This document shows positions 15,408-23,759 of a stretch of DNA of 24,000 bases, piece by piece. The translations under genes were made by a program, and so were the position numbers. This stretch comes from Thermoanaerobaculia bacterium. Its GTDB lineage: Bacteria; Acidobacteriota; Thermoanaerobaculia; UBA5066; Gp7-AA6. The stretch spans positions 4,514 through 28,513 of the forward strand of contig DATIRW010000002.1 of NCBI GenBank assembly GCA_035469365.1, in the 5' to 3' direction. Under the pieces are notes generated by a model. The model did not search any database. It saw nothing but the letters and a program-made list of their open reading frames with translations, and was not told where the DNA came from. How positions within the stretch are numbered: position 1 is the first letter of the stretch; every line of letters starts with the position of its first letter.

Positions 15408-17180
15408 TTAAGGGCCGACCGTGACCGAGTACGTTGCGATGCTGTGCGAGGGAATCGGATCTTGCGGGGAAGAAGTGACGACCGCAGTGTTCACGAACGA
15501 GGTACCGGCCGCCGAGACCGGGACCCTGACGGTGATCGTGACCAGCGCGACGCCCGGCGCCCCGATGGAGCCGAGATTGGCGGTGACGGTGCCATTGGTT
15601 CCGACAGTCGGCCCATTACAGGTGCCCTGACTCGGCGTGCAGGTGAGGAAGGTCGTCCCGCCGGGCAAGGGATCATTCACCACGGCATTGGTGACGGGGA
15701 CCGAGCCTTTGTTGGTGACGGTGAGCGTGAAAGTCAGAACGCTGTCAGGTGCGACCGGGTTCGGCGGAGAACCACCCTTGGCCAACTCAACATCGGGTGG
15801 CACAGGCGTTCTGGTGGGAGTCGCCGTTGGTGTGGGCGTCGGGGTCGCCGTCGGCGGAATCAGCGTCGGTGTGGGTGTCGGCGTGGGCGTCGGCGTGCAC
15901 AGGTAGGTGAAGGTCAGGCCGGACTGCGTGTCCCCGGAATCGATGTTGGTCACGACGACTGCCCCGCTCTTGTTGCCGCACGTGGACAACGGCCCTGGAA
16001 GCACGAGAAGCTCCGTCGCGGAGACCGAGATCACCGTGGCGGGGATGCCGGCCAGCGAGACCGCCACCGGAGCCAGGAAGCCCTGCCCGTGAATCGTCAC
16101 CGGTGTAAACGGCGCTTCTTGTTCGCTGTTATCGATCGCCGTGAGCTGCAACGGCACGACGAAGCGGAACCCGCCCGTCAGCGTATCGTCCAATCCCGAG
16201 TTGACCTCGTGGACGCGGACGTCGACCGTCTTGTTCAAATTGGGCAGCCCCGCTCCGGAGGCCGGAGGAGTCAGCGCGATGATCTGGTTGAACGAGACCG
16301 AGAGGACCTGAGCTTCGGCGGGTCCGAAGAACACCTGCACCGGTAGCACGAACCCCGACCCGATGATCGTGACCCGGGTGTTCCCCTCATTCGAGCCCGA
16401 CGACGGAAGCACCGCCGTGATCTTGGGATTGCTCGCGGCCGTCGTGCCGAATGCGAAACAGTTCGGCAGCGAAACCGAGACGGGCGTCGCGGTGTTCGTG
16501 CCAAAGGTCAGCGTGATGTTGACCGGCACCGAAGGCGATGTCGCCTCCGGGAAGGCGGGAGTGACGACGGTCACGGAAGTTGCCGTCACCCCGGTGACAA
16601 GAGCCTCGCGGGACACGCTCGCGGCGTTGAACGTGACGCGCGTTGTTGCCGGCGTTCCGGTGAAGCGCCCGCCGTTGATCGTCAGGGCGGTACCGCCTGT
16701 CGATGGCCCGAAGCTCGGGCTGCAGAAGGTGATGAAAGGCGCCGACTGTGGTGAAGCCTGGAAAGCGATCGAGATCGTCGCCGAGCCCGTGTTCGAGCCG
16801 ACGGTTGCCGAGGCGCGGACCGTCGCGAGGCCGACGCTGCTCGAGCAAAGAGCGGTCGTGGCGGTCCCTCCCTGAGTCACGACGGAGATCACTGAGAGCG
16901 CGTTCTGGGAGAAGAACGAGCCGGGCAGGTCCGTCGTAAACGAGACTCCGGTCCCGTCGGGGACATTGGCGCCGTTCAGGGTCACGACGGCCTCGATCAG
17001 TGTGCAGGAGCCCGCCACGGGGTTGGCGTTGCTCGTGAAGAGCCGGATCTGAAGGGCGCCGGTGCCCGTCGGTCCGCCTGCGCCGCCCGGGGGAGTGGGC
17101 GCTGGCGCGTCGGAAGAACAGGACCAGGTTGTCGCCCCGACCAGCGCTAAACCAACGAGAATGTAAGCGATCCGGCGCAT
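15408..17180 (-). CDS. exported surface protein: Ig-like (Big) domain, 3 IPT/TIG domains, Pro-Thr linker, DUF11-like C-terminal domain
   Basis: I trimmed the start to the ATG at 17180, which has GGGGAGG upstream. The N-terminus MRRIAYILVGLALVGATTWSC is signal-like with a Cys. IPT/TIG-like units are PSFGPSTGGTALTINGGRF, LPSSGSNEGNTRVTIIGSGF and FTPVTIHGQGF. The PTPTPTPTPT...TPTPTPTATPT linker is encoded by low-complexity DNA at about 15800-15900. The C-terminus LTFTLTVTNKGSVPVTNAVVNDPLPGGTTF is a DUF11 conserved-repeat pattern. Confidence 0.85.
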   Translation of the reverse strand: MRRIAYILVGLALVGATTWSCSSDAPAPTPPGGAGGPTGTGALQIRLFTSNANPVAGSCTLIEAVVTLNGANVPDGTGVSFTTDLPGSFFSQNALSVISVVTQGGTATTALCSSSVGLATVRASATVGSNTGSATISIAFQASPQSAPFITFCSPSFGPSTGGTALTINGGRFTGTPATTRVTFNAASVSREALVTGVTATSVTVVTPAFPEATSPSVPVNITLTFGTNTATPVSVSLPNCFAFGTTAASNPKITAVLPSSGSNEGNTRVTIIGSGFVLPVQVFFGPAEAQVLSVSFNQIIALTPPASGAGLPNLNKTVDVRVHEVNSGLDDTLTGGFRFVVPLQLTAIDNSEQEAPFTPVTIHGQGFLAPVAVSLAGIPATVISVSATELLVLPGPLSTCGNKSGAVVVTNIDSGDTQSGLTFTYLCTPTPTPTPTPTLIPPTATPTPTPTATPTRTPVPPDVELAKGGSPPNPVAPDSVLTFTLTVTNKGSVPVTNAVVNDPLPGGTTFLTCTPSQGTCNGPTVGTNGTVTANLGSIGAPGVALVTITVRVPVSAAGTSFVNTAVVTSSPQDPIPSHSIATYSVTVGP

Positions 17181-17193
17181 GACGAGCCTCCCC

Positions 17194-17796
17194 TTATCGA
17201 ATGGACTTCCCGGAAACCGCTGACGGCGCCGTGAACGAGAAGAGCAGAGGGCCGGTGGCCTTTCCGCTCTGGACACGCTGGCCGGAAACCGTGTGGCCGA
17301 AGAACGTGATCTCGAATGCCATGTCGATCTCGGCTTTTCCCGTCTCCCGGTCGAACCCCCCGTTGAACGGGAGCAACTGGTCGAAGGGAGAGAGCTGGAC
17401 CTGGGACGCCGGCAGAACTGGGAAATTGTTCAGAGTGGCAGTGCCGCCGGAAGGGACGAGGACGCCGACCGGCAGGTTCTGGTCCGGGGGAACGCGGGTA
17501 CCGCCGTCCGTGCGCGTAAAGTGCACCGTGTAGCTTTCGAGGTTGACCGAGGCGAACCCCTGGGGGTCGGTCTGCGTGGGGTTCTTGAGATGACTGGACA
17601 GGGTCATCGTGCTGATCTGCACGGGGGCGACGACCCCGACGTTCACGAAACCCGGCTGCAGATCCAGGCTGACCGTGATGAAGACGGGCGCTTCGGTCTC
17701 CCCCTCTTTGTTCGTGCAGCCGGGCGCGAGCGCCAGGGCAGCCGCGAGGAGAATCGCAATGCAGGCGGTTTTCTTCATGGTTCTTACCCTCTTCAC
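17194..17796 (-). CDS. uncharacterised lipoprotein (predicted all-beta), co-operonic with pilQ
   Basis: The signal plus lipobox is MKKTACIAILLAAALALAPGC. No motif I recognise. The GTG at 17796 overlaps the pilQ TGA (GTGA). The alternative ATG at 17778 has GAGGG upstream. The gene ends 13 nt before the next gene's start. Confidence 0.75.
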   Translation of the reverse strand: MKRVRTMKKTACIAILLAAALALAPGCTNKEGETEAPVFITVSLDLQPGFVNVGVVAPVQISTMTLSSHLKNPTQTDPQGFASVNLESYTVHFTRTDGGTRVPPDQNLPVGVLVPSGGTATLNNFPVLPASQVQLSPFDQLLPFNGGFDRETGKAEIDMAFEITFFGHTVSGQRVQSGKATGPLLFSFTAPSAVSGKSIR

Positions 17797-20519
17797 TGCC
17801 GGAGGATCCGGGGAGTTATGAAGATCAACAACTCATCGTGCTTCTCGGTTCGCGTCTTGTTGCGGAAGAGGTTGCCCAGGATCGGGATCTTCCAGAGGCC
17901 CGGGATCATGTTGTTCTGATCCTGATCGTTGATCTGAAAGATGCCGCCGATGACGCTCGTGCCACCGTCGCGCACGAGGATTTCACCCCTGTACTCGCGG
18001 ACCGTCAGCGGCACGTTCTGTCCGATGGACAGGTTCAATGCGACCGCCGGCTCTCTCTTCGAGACATTGACGGTCATGTGAATCGTCCCCTCGTTGGTGA
18101 TCTGCGGCGTCACGGTGAGCTTCAGGGTCGCGTCCACGTAGATGACGGTCGTGGTGTTGTTCACGTTGGTCTGGACCGGGATCTGGACGCCGGACTGGAT
18201 CGAGGCCGCCGTGTTCGTCAGCGCCGCGACCTTCGGGGAGGAGATGATCTTGAGAAGGCCCTGGTTCTCCGCGGCCGACAGCGCCGCGTCGAGGGTGAAG
18301 GAGCCCAGGATATTGCCCAGCCGCAGGGTGGCGATGGTCTGGGGAGTGCCCAGGGGGACGGTGAACGTTCCATTGATGGTGTTGGGGAAGTTCAGGTTCG
18401 TCGTGTTGCCGTGCGCGACGTCCGCATCGGCCGTGGCGCCCCAGGCAATCCCGAGGCTGCGCCCGAGGGACTTGGTCGTCTCGACGATCCGCGCCTCGAT
18501 CATGACTTGCGGGGTCGCGGTGTCCAGGTTCTCGATCAACTGGAGCACTCCGGACAGGTAGGTCGGGATCTCCCGGATGATCAGGGTATTGGTCCGCGTG
18601 TCCACCACGATGTCGCCTCGCCGCGACATCACGCTCTTGATCACCGGGGTCAGCTCGCTCGCCTTCGCGTACGAGAGCTTCTTGATGACCGTGCGGGTGG
18701 GCTCGGCCGCCTGCCGTGCCTCCGACAGGCGCGCGCGGTCGGACTGTTCGGCCTGCAGCTTGGTTGTCGTGGCGATGCGCATGATGTTGTTCTCGAGCAC
18801 GTATCCCAGGCCGTTCTGCTTCAGAATCAGGTCCAGAGCCTGGTCCCATGGAACGTCCTCGAGCTGCACCGTCACCGTGCCCCGGACCTCCGGATCCACC
18901 ACGATGTTCAACTGGGTCAGCTGGGAGATGGTCCGGAAGACGTCCTTGATGTCGGCGTCCTTCAGGTCGAGAGAGATCGGCTCGCCCGTGAATTGCGATT
19001 GCGATTCCGCGATCGTCCGCGGCTGGAACGTCCCGGACGGCTGCTCGGGACGCGCGCCTTCCTCCTGGGCGAGCATCGCGGCGGCAGCCTCGAACACGGC
19101 CTCCTCGCGAGCGGATGGTTTTTCACGCGGCGGGCGGGCCGGCGGCGGGGCTGCCGCGCTCTTCTGCGCTTTCCGAACACCCTGAGGCAGCGTCGCGGTA
19201 CCTTCCGAGGCCGGGGACTCGCGAACGGGCGCCGGTTGCGGAGAGGCCGCCTGTGGTACGGCGGGCGCGATCGGAGAAGACGCGGACGCCGTCCTGACGG
19301 CCGCCGGGGCAACCGTCACGGCGCTCGGAGGCTCGGGCGAGGGCTTTGAAGGAGTGTCCTGCGCCGGCACGGGCGGTTCCGGTTTGACGGGGGCGGGAGA
19401 CTCTTCCTTTCGGGCGAGCTTGTCTTCCGGCGCTGGCACCGGCACGGTCGCTTCCGGTTTGACAGCGGCGGGAGACTCTTCTTTTCGGACGAGCCTGTCT
19501 TCCGGCGCTGGCACCGGCGCCGGCGGAGCGGCGGAAGCCGCGGTCTCGGCAATCCGCGTTTGCGAAGGGGCAGAGGCAGCGGCCTGCGCAACCTCGCCCG
19601 CGCGCACCACGACCGCCAGGCGCTCTCCCTCCGAGACCAGAGAGTGCGGGAACGGTCGCGCCAGGTCGAGCACGACGCGGGTCACCGGGTCCGGAAGAGA
19701 CTGGAACTGGGACACCCGGACGCGCGAGACGAGCGTGCTCTTGACCGGCACGGCGCGGCGGCGCACCTGGTTCGTGACGCCGGGAAGATCGATGACCAAC
19801 CGCGGCGGGTTTTCGAGCAGGAAATCCTTCGGGACGAAGACGCCGTCGCCGAGCAGGGCCACCGTCACCTCCTGCGACGGGCCGACGCTGACCCGCAGGT
19901 CCTCGAGCTGATGGGCGAGCTCCCCCCCGGCCTGGGGCGGTTGCGCCGCCGGGCGCGCGATCTCCTCCGCCACGACCGCAGGCACCGGAGCGGCCGGAGC
20001 CTCCGGAGAAGCCTCGCTTCGCGCCGCTGCTCCGGCGGGGTGCTCGAAGGAAATGGCCAGGCCCTGGCCCACGCTGCGCACGTCGGAGGTGATCCCGGGT
20101 TGATGGGAGATCGAGACGCGAGTCAGCTGCTTGCCCATCTCCAGAACCGGATCGAAACGGATCGACGTGACGAGCGAGCCCGCGCCCGCCGGCGGCATGA
20201 AGCCGCTGGCCAGGTCGGCGCCGGGCAGATCCACGACCAGCAGGTCCGGCCGCGGCTCGTAGGCGGTGTAAAGGAGGGGGGCGTCGGCCGACAGGACCAC
20301 GCGTGCTCCATCCGCGTCCTCGTTGAGAGCGGCCAGCGTGACGCGCGCCCCTCCCGCCGGAGGAGTTGCCTCGGGTATCCGGGAAGGGGCCGCGGGAGAG
20401 CTCGCCGTCTCCGCAGTCTGCCGGGGGCTCGAGCCGGGGCCTCTGGCGGTGCAGCCGAATGTCGCCGCCAGCATGAGGGCCACGATCGCCATCGCGGGCC
20501 GTCTGATTGCCTTTCGCAT
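17793..20519 (-). CDS. pilQ: type IV pilus secretin PilQ (2 AMIN domains, Pro-rich linker, N0/N1 and secretin domains)
   Basis: I trimmed the start to the ATG at 20519, which has GGGAGGAG upstream. The AMIN-like units are RVVLSADAPLLYTAYEPRPDLLVVDLPG and VTVALLGD...PPRLVIDLPG...VTRVVLDL. The C-terminus carries the secretin signature: VDTRTNTLIIRE, QVMIEARIVE, and GGI...IPILGNLFR...ELLIFITPRI. Confidence 0.92.
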   Translation of the reverse strand: MRKAIRRPAMAIVALMLAATFGCTARGPGSSPRQTAETASSPAAPSRIPEATPPAGGARVTLAALNEDADGARVVLSADAPLLYTAYEPRPDLLVVDLPGADLASGFMPPAGAGSLVTSIRFDPVLEMGKQLTRVSISHQPGITSDVRSVGQGLAISFEHPAGAAARSEASPEAPAAPVPAVVAEEIARPAAQPPQAGGELAHQLEDLRVSVGPSQEVTVALLGDGVFVPKDFLLENPPRLVIDLPGVTNQVRRRAVPVKSTLVSRVRVSQFQSLPDPVTRVVLDLARPFPHSLVSEGERLAVVVRAGEVAQAAASAPSQTRIAETAASAAPPAPVPAPEDRLVRKEESPAAVKPEATVPVPAPEDKLARKEESPAPVKPEPPVPAQDTPSKPSPEPPSAVTVAPAAVRTASASSPIAPAVPQAASPQPAPVRESPASEGTATLPQGVRKAQKSAAAPPPARPPREKPSAREEAVFEAAAAMLAQEEGARPEQPSGTFQPRTIAESQSQFTGEPISLDLKDADIKDVFRTISQLTQLNIVVDPEVRGTVTVQLEDVPWDQALDLILKQNGLGYVLENNIMRIATTTKLQAEQSDRARLSEARQAAEPTRTVIKKLSYAKASELTPVIKSVMSRRGDIVVDTRTNTLIIREIPTYLSGVLQLIENLDTATPQVMIEARIVETTKSLGRSLGIAWGATADADVAHGNTTNLNFPNTINGTFTVPLGTPQTIATLRLGNILGSFTLDAALSAAENQGLLKIISSPKVAALTNTAASIQSGVQIPVQTNVNNTTTVIYVDATLKLTVTPQITNEGTIHMTVNVSKREPAVALNLSIGQNVPLTVREYRGEILVRDGGTSVIGGIFQINDQDQNNMIPGLWKIPILGNLFRNKTRTEKHDELLIFITPRILRQ
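19377..19526. repeat. 2 x 75-nt in-frame tandem duplication inside the pilQ linker
   Basis: Unit 1 (19377-19451) and unit 2 (19452-19526) both begin TTCCGGTTTGAC and are near-identical over about 60 nt. They encode VPAPEDRLVRKEESPAAVKPEATVP and VPAPEDKLARKEESPAPVKPEPPVP. Confidence 0.9.
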
Positions 20520-20559
20520 CGCTCCTCCCGTCGCGCCGGACGCCTTTGTCTCTTCCAGG

Positions 20560-21066
20560 TCAGGGCTTGATGGTCGCATTGAGTTGCTTGGTGATGTCGC
20601 GGAACGGTTTCACGCTCTGCGGGTCGTTCAAGTTCTGCCGGAACGTCACCTCGTTGGGGGCGATTCGCAGGACTTCCCCGTCGTAGAGCTGATCGCCGCT
20701 TCGCAAGAGGTAGCTCTTGTTGTCCGTGCCCCGGATTTGAGCAACGTATCCGGCGCGGGTCTTCCAGATCCCCTGAAGAATGACGTCGTCGATGGCAATC
20801 CCCGGAATCCCCGAGGGCCGGTGGCCCGCCATCCCCTTCTCCGGACGGATGAGAAGCGAGCGGAAGGGATCGCGCCGTCCGGCCGGGTCGTAGGAATACG
20901 TGCGCCCCGCGAGGGCGGACTCCTCCTGCTCGATCAGGGCCTGCCCCGGAGACTCCTCCGACGTCACCGGCGTCGCCGGCGGCCCGGGGACGGGAGTCTT
21001 CTGCTGGGCCGCGAGCGCCCCGAGCCCCAGAATCAGCGCGAAGAGAGCCGCCATGGCCTGCTTCAT
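20560..21066 (-). CDS. pilP: type IV pilus assembly protein PilP
   Basis: 168 aa. A signal-like N-terminus is followed by the YDPAGRRDPF motif and a beta-sandwich C-terminus. The gene sits between pilO and pilQ. Its ATG overlaps the pilO stop (ATGA). Confidence 0.85.
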   Translation of the reverse strand: MKQAMAALFALILGLGALAAQQKTPVPGPPATPVTSEESPGQALIEQEESALAGRTYSYDPAGRRDPFRSLLIRPEKGMAGHRPSGIPGIAIDDVILQGIWKTRAGYVAQIRGTDNKSYLLRSGDQLYDGEVLRIAPNEVTFRQNLNDPQSVKPFRDITKQLNATIKP

Positions 21067-21734
21067 TCCGACAGCCCCGCTTCCGACTTCTTCTTCAGAG
21101 TCTGCGCCTTCCCGGCGGCCCCGCCGGGCGGCTTCGCGGCGCCCGCCTTCTTCCCCTGCGCCTCGCCCTTCTCATCGCCTGTGTAGATGAAGGTCTTCGC
21201 CACGAAGCTCGCCGCAATGGACTTGCCGCCCGGGTCGTTGATGGCGGACATCCTCATCTCTTCGACATTGATGATGCGGGAGAAGCGGCTCATGCGGTCA
21301 AAGAAGAGAGCAAGATTATGGTACGTGCCCTCGAGCTGGATGTCGATCGGCCACTCCGAATAGAAGTCCTTGCTGTGGAACTCACCCGGAGTGAATTTCC
21401 TCAGCGTGAAGTCTCCCTGCCGCGTCAGCGTCTCGATGCGCTTGATCAGGTCCTCGGTGTTGCGTTTGGAGGGGAGGATCTGGAGGAGCTTGGCGAGATC
21501 GATCTCCAGTCTCTTGATCTCTTCCCGGAACTGCGCGAGCTTGCGCTCGGCCGCGCGCCCCTTCTGGATCTCCTGCTGCAGACCCGCGAGCTCCGTGCGC
21601 TTGACGCGGATCTCCTCGTTGAGCCCGCGCAGCCACGCGTAGTGGACGGCCGCGGCGAGAGCAATCCCGAATGCAAGGCCGAGGCCCAGCGCCACGCTCC
21701 ACTTGCGTTCCTCCATCCGGAGCTCGAGAGCCAT
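21063..21734 (-). CDS. pilO: type IV pilus assembly protein PilO
   Basis: 223 aa. It has a single N-terminal TM segment, a coiled coil (ELAGLQQEIQKGRAAERKLAQFREEIKRLE), then LPSKRNTEDLIKRIE...IQLEGTYHNLALFFDRMSRFSRI, typical of PilO. GAGGGG lies directly upstream of the ATG. Confidence 0.88.
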   Translation of the reverse strand: MALELRMEERKWSVALGLGLAFGIALAAAVHYAWLRGLNEEIRVKRTELAGLQQEIQKGRAAERKLAQFREEIKRLEIDLAKLLQILPSKRNTEDLIKRIETLTRQGDFTLRKFTPGEFHSKDFYSEWPIDIQLEGTYHNLALFFDRMSRFSRIINVEEMRMSAINDPGGKSIAASFVAKTFIYTGDEKGEAQGKKAGAAKPPGGAAGKAQTLKKKSEAGLSE

Positions 21735-21741
21735 GCCCCTC

Positions 21742-22380
21742 CTAAGCCTTTTTCCCCTTCTTCTCGTTCTTCTCGGGGCCCGGCGTTGGCGGGGCCGCGG
21801 GAGCGGAGGCGAGAACAGCCGCGGGATTGAAGACCAGCGTCATTTCCCAGCTATACGTTCCGGAAGTTCCGGCGTCGCGGCCGAGCGACTTGAAGACGGG
21901 TTCCGCGAAGAACGGGCTCTTCTTCAGGTTTTCCAGGTATGTCGCCACCGCGTTGGGCGAGAGGGTCTTGCCCTTCATCGAGATCTGGTTGCCAGAGACG
22001 TCGAGAGACGTCAGCCAGACCATGTCCGGAAGGGCCTTGGAGATCTCGTCCATCAGGCGGACGGGACCCTTCTGGTTCGTCTTCAAGGAGTTGATGAGCT
22101 GGATCTTCGCCTCGAGACTGGCCTTCTTGTCCTCGTACTCCTTGACCTCCTCGATGATGGATCTCAGGCGGTCGGCCTCGAGGCGCGCCTTGACGATCTC
22201 TTCCTCGAGCGCGCTGCGCCGCGAAAGCAGCGTCAGGCCCATGATCACCACGTAAAGGAGACCGAGACCGAGGCCCCCGAAAAAGAGGACGTTGTTGAGC
22301 CGCGCGCCGGTCGGAAGCAGCGGCGCCTTCTTCCTGGCCGCGGCCGCCTTGGCCTCGGTGAGAAGGTTGATCCGGATCAA
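21742..22380 (-). CDS. pilN: type IV pilus assembly protein PilN
   Basis: I trimmed the start to the TTG at 22380, which overlaps the pilM TGA (TTGA). This gives the canonical N-terminus (M)IRINLL that binds PilM. A TM segment, a coiled coil and a PilN-type ferredoxin-like domain follow. Confidence 0.88.
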   Translation of the reverse strand: MIRINLLTEAKAAAARKKAPLLPTGARLNNVLFFGGLGLGLLYVVIMGLTLLSRRSALEEEIVKARLEADRLRSIIEEVKEYEDKKASLEAKIQLINSLKTNQKGPVRLMDEISKALPDMVWLTSLDVSGNQISMKGKTLSPNAVATYLENLKKSPFFAEPVFKSLGRDAGTSGTYSWEMTLVFNPAAVLASAPAAPPTPGPEKNEKKGKKA

Positions 22381-23438
22381 GCGGCTTCGTCCCCGATGTG
22401 CCGCACGGCCAGCCCGACCGCCACCGCCAGGCTCGGCGCGTTCTCGTTCAACCACTGAGCCGACACCGCGCCACCCGAGACGTCGATCTGTCGAAAGGGG
22501 TTCATGATCTCCACGGGCATTCCGAAGCGGTCCTTGAGCTGCCGGTCCAGGTTGACGACGCGCGAGCAGCCGCCGGCGATGAAAAGCTGATCGATCTTTT
22601 CCGTGGAAGTCGTCGCGCCGAAGAAGTCGAAGGTCTTCTGCAGCTCCTGCGCGAGGTCGTCGGAGACCGACCGCAGGATCGGGAGGATCTCCTGGAGAGA
22701 GTGTTCGCCCGAACTCTCCCCCTTCTTCAAGGCATCCGCCTGTTCGAATCCGAGAGAAAGCTGCTTCTGAATGGCGTCAGTGTACTGGTTGCCGCCGAAG
22801 GAGATGTCCCGCCAGAAAATCGTGTTGCCGCCCGAGAGCACGTTGACGTTGGTCACGGAGGCGCCGATGTTGACGAGCGCCACGACGCGCCCCGGCTCGA
22901 CCGGATAGTTGATCTCGAAGGCGTTCTGGACGGCGAAGGCGTCCACGTCCACCAGGACGGGGGTCTTGCCCGCCTGCGTGATCACGCTCGTGTAGTCGCC
23001 GATCTTGTCCTTCTTGACCGCGACCAGCAGCACGTCCATCGTCTCCCCGCCGCCGGGCTCCAGGACCACGTAGTCCAGGATCACGTCGTTGATGTCGAAA
23101 GGAACGTACTGCTCCGCTTCCCAGCGGATGGACTCGGCCAGTTCCTCCGCGGACATGGCCGGGAGCGAGATCTTCTTGATGATGACCGAATGGCCCGACA
23201 GCGAGGTCGCAAAGTCGTTGTTGCGGACGTTCAGGGACGAGATCACGCGGTTGACGGTGTCCACGACGAGGGAAGCGTCCATGATGGCGCCGTCCACGAT
23301 CGCCTCGGGCGAAAGCGGCTCGATGCCGGTCCTGACGAGGCGATAGCCGCCCCCCTTTACGTCTTTCAGCTCGACGAGCTTGACGGCCGAGGAACCTATG
23401 TCGAGACCTACGAGGTTCTTCGATTTCTTAAACAGCAC
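22377..23438 (-). CDS. pilM: type IV pilus assembly ATPase-fold protein PilM
   Basis: The actin/FtsA-like fold is indicated by LVGLDIGSSAVKLVEL, VNIGASVTNV and FIAGGCS. I prefer the GTG at 23438 because GGTGGGG lies 5 nt upstream and it gives (M)LFKKSKNLVGLDIGS. The track's start at 23462 is a TTG. Confidence 0.9.
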   Translation of the reverse strand: MLFKKSKNLVGLDIGSSAVKLVELKDVKGGGYRLVRTGIEPLSPEAIVDGAIMDASLVVDTVNRVISSLNVRNNDFATSLSGHSVIIKKISLPAMSAEELAESIRWEAEQYVPFDINDVILDYVVLEPGGGETMDVLLVAVKKDKIGDYTSVITQAGKTPVLVDVDAFAVQNAFEINYPVEPGRVVALVNIGASVTNVNVLSGGNTIFWRDISFGGNQYTDAIQKQLSLGFEQADALKKGESSGEHSLQEILPILRSVSDDLAQELQKTFDFFGATTSTEKIDQLFIAGGCSRVVNLDRQLKDRFGMPVEIMNPFRQIDVSGGAVSAQWLNENAPSLAVAVGLAVRHIGDEAA

Positions 23439-23504
23439 TCGAACCCCACCGAAAGAATTCAAACGGTTTAGGGCTTGGACTACGGATTATTTCGGCTGTC
23501 CTCG

Positions 23505-23533
23505 AAGGTAACAGAAGATTATTGCGCAGTCAA
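23505..23533 (-). promoter_or_regulatory. weak candidate promoter for pilM
   Basis: On the minus strand: TTGACT (23533-23528), 17-nt spacer, TACCTT (23510-23505). The -10 match is poor. Confidence 0.25.
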
Positions 23534-23613
23534 GCAAGGGTGAGGGGAAACACTACTCCCGCCAAGCACTTAGCTCAAGTAACGAGCCGGGACAGGGTAC
23601 AGGGTACTCGGAA

Positions 23614-23655
23614 CTCGAGGCCGAATTCTCGAGCGCCGAGCCTCGAGCGCCGGGT
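23614..23655. repeat. three CTCGAG palindromes at an exact 14-nt period (degenerate 14-mer x3)
   Basis: CTCGAG occurs at 23614, 23628 and 23642. The units are CTCGAGGCCGAATT, CTCGAGCGCCGAGC and CTCGAGCGCCGGGT. The array lies between the divergent pilM and rpmB promoter candidates. Confidence 0.85.
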
Positions 23656-23685
23656 CCCGCGGTCCAGTCGCGAGTCATGGCCCGA

Positions 23686-23714
23686 TTGCATCGGGGTCGC
23701 GCAGAGGGTAGGAT
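23686..23714 (+). promoter_or_regulatory. candidate sigma70-type promoter for rpmB
   Basis: TTGCAT (23686-23691), 17-nt spacer, TAGGAT (23709-23714). It lies about 45 nt upstream of the ATG. The predicted leader contains the small hairpin CGACC-acacca-GGTCG (23728-23743) and the SD GAGGGA. Confidence 0.45.
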
Positions 23715-23759
23715 GCAGCGCTTTTTTCGACCACACCAGGTCGTAACCGAGGGAAACAA

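Noticed and set aside
22742-22751. GTTCGAATCC, a tRNA T-arm-like decamer
   Set aside because: It lies inside pilM coding sequence. There is no flanking acceptor, D or anticodon stem complementarity, so it is a chance match.
23540-23560. Possible sigma-54 promoter (TTGGCG...) upstream of pilM on the minus strand
   Set aside because: The GG is present but no GC dinucleotide sits at the required 10-nt offset. It does not fit TGGCAC-N5-TTGC.
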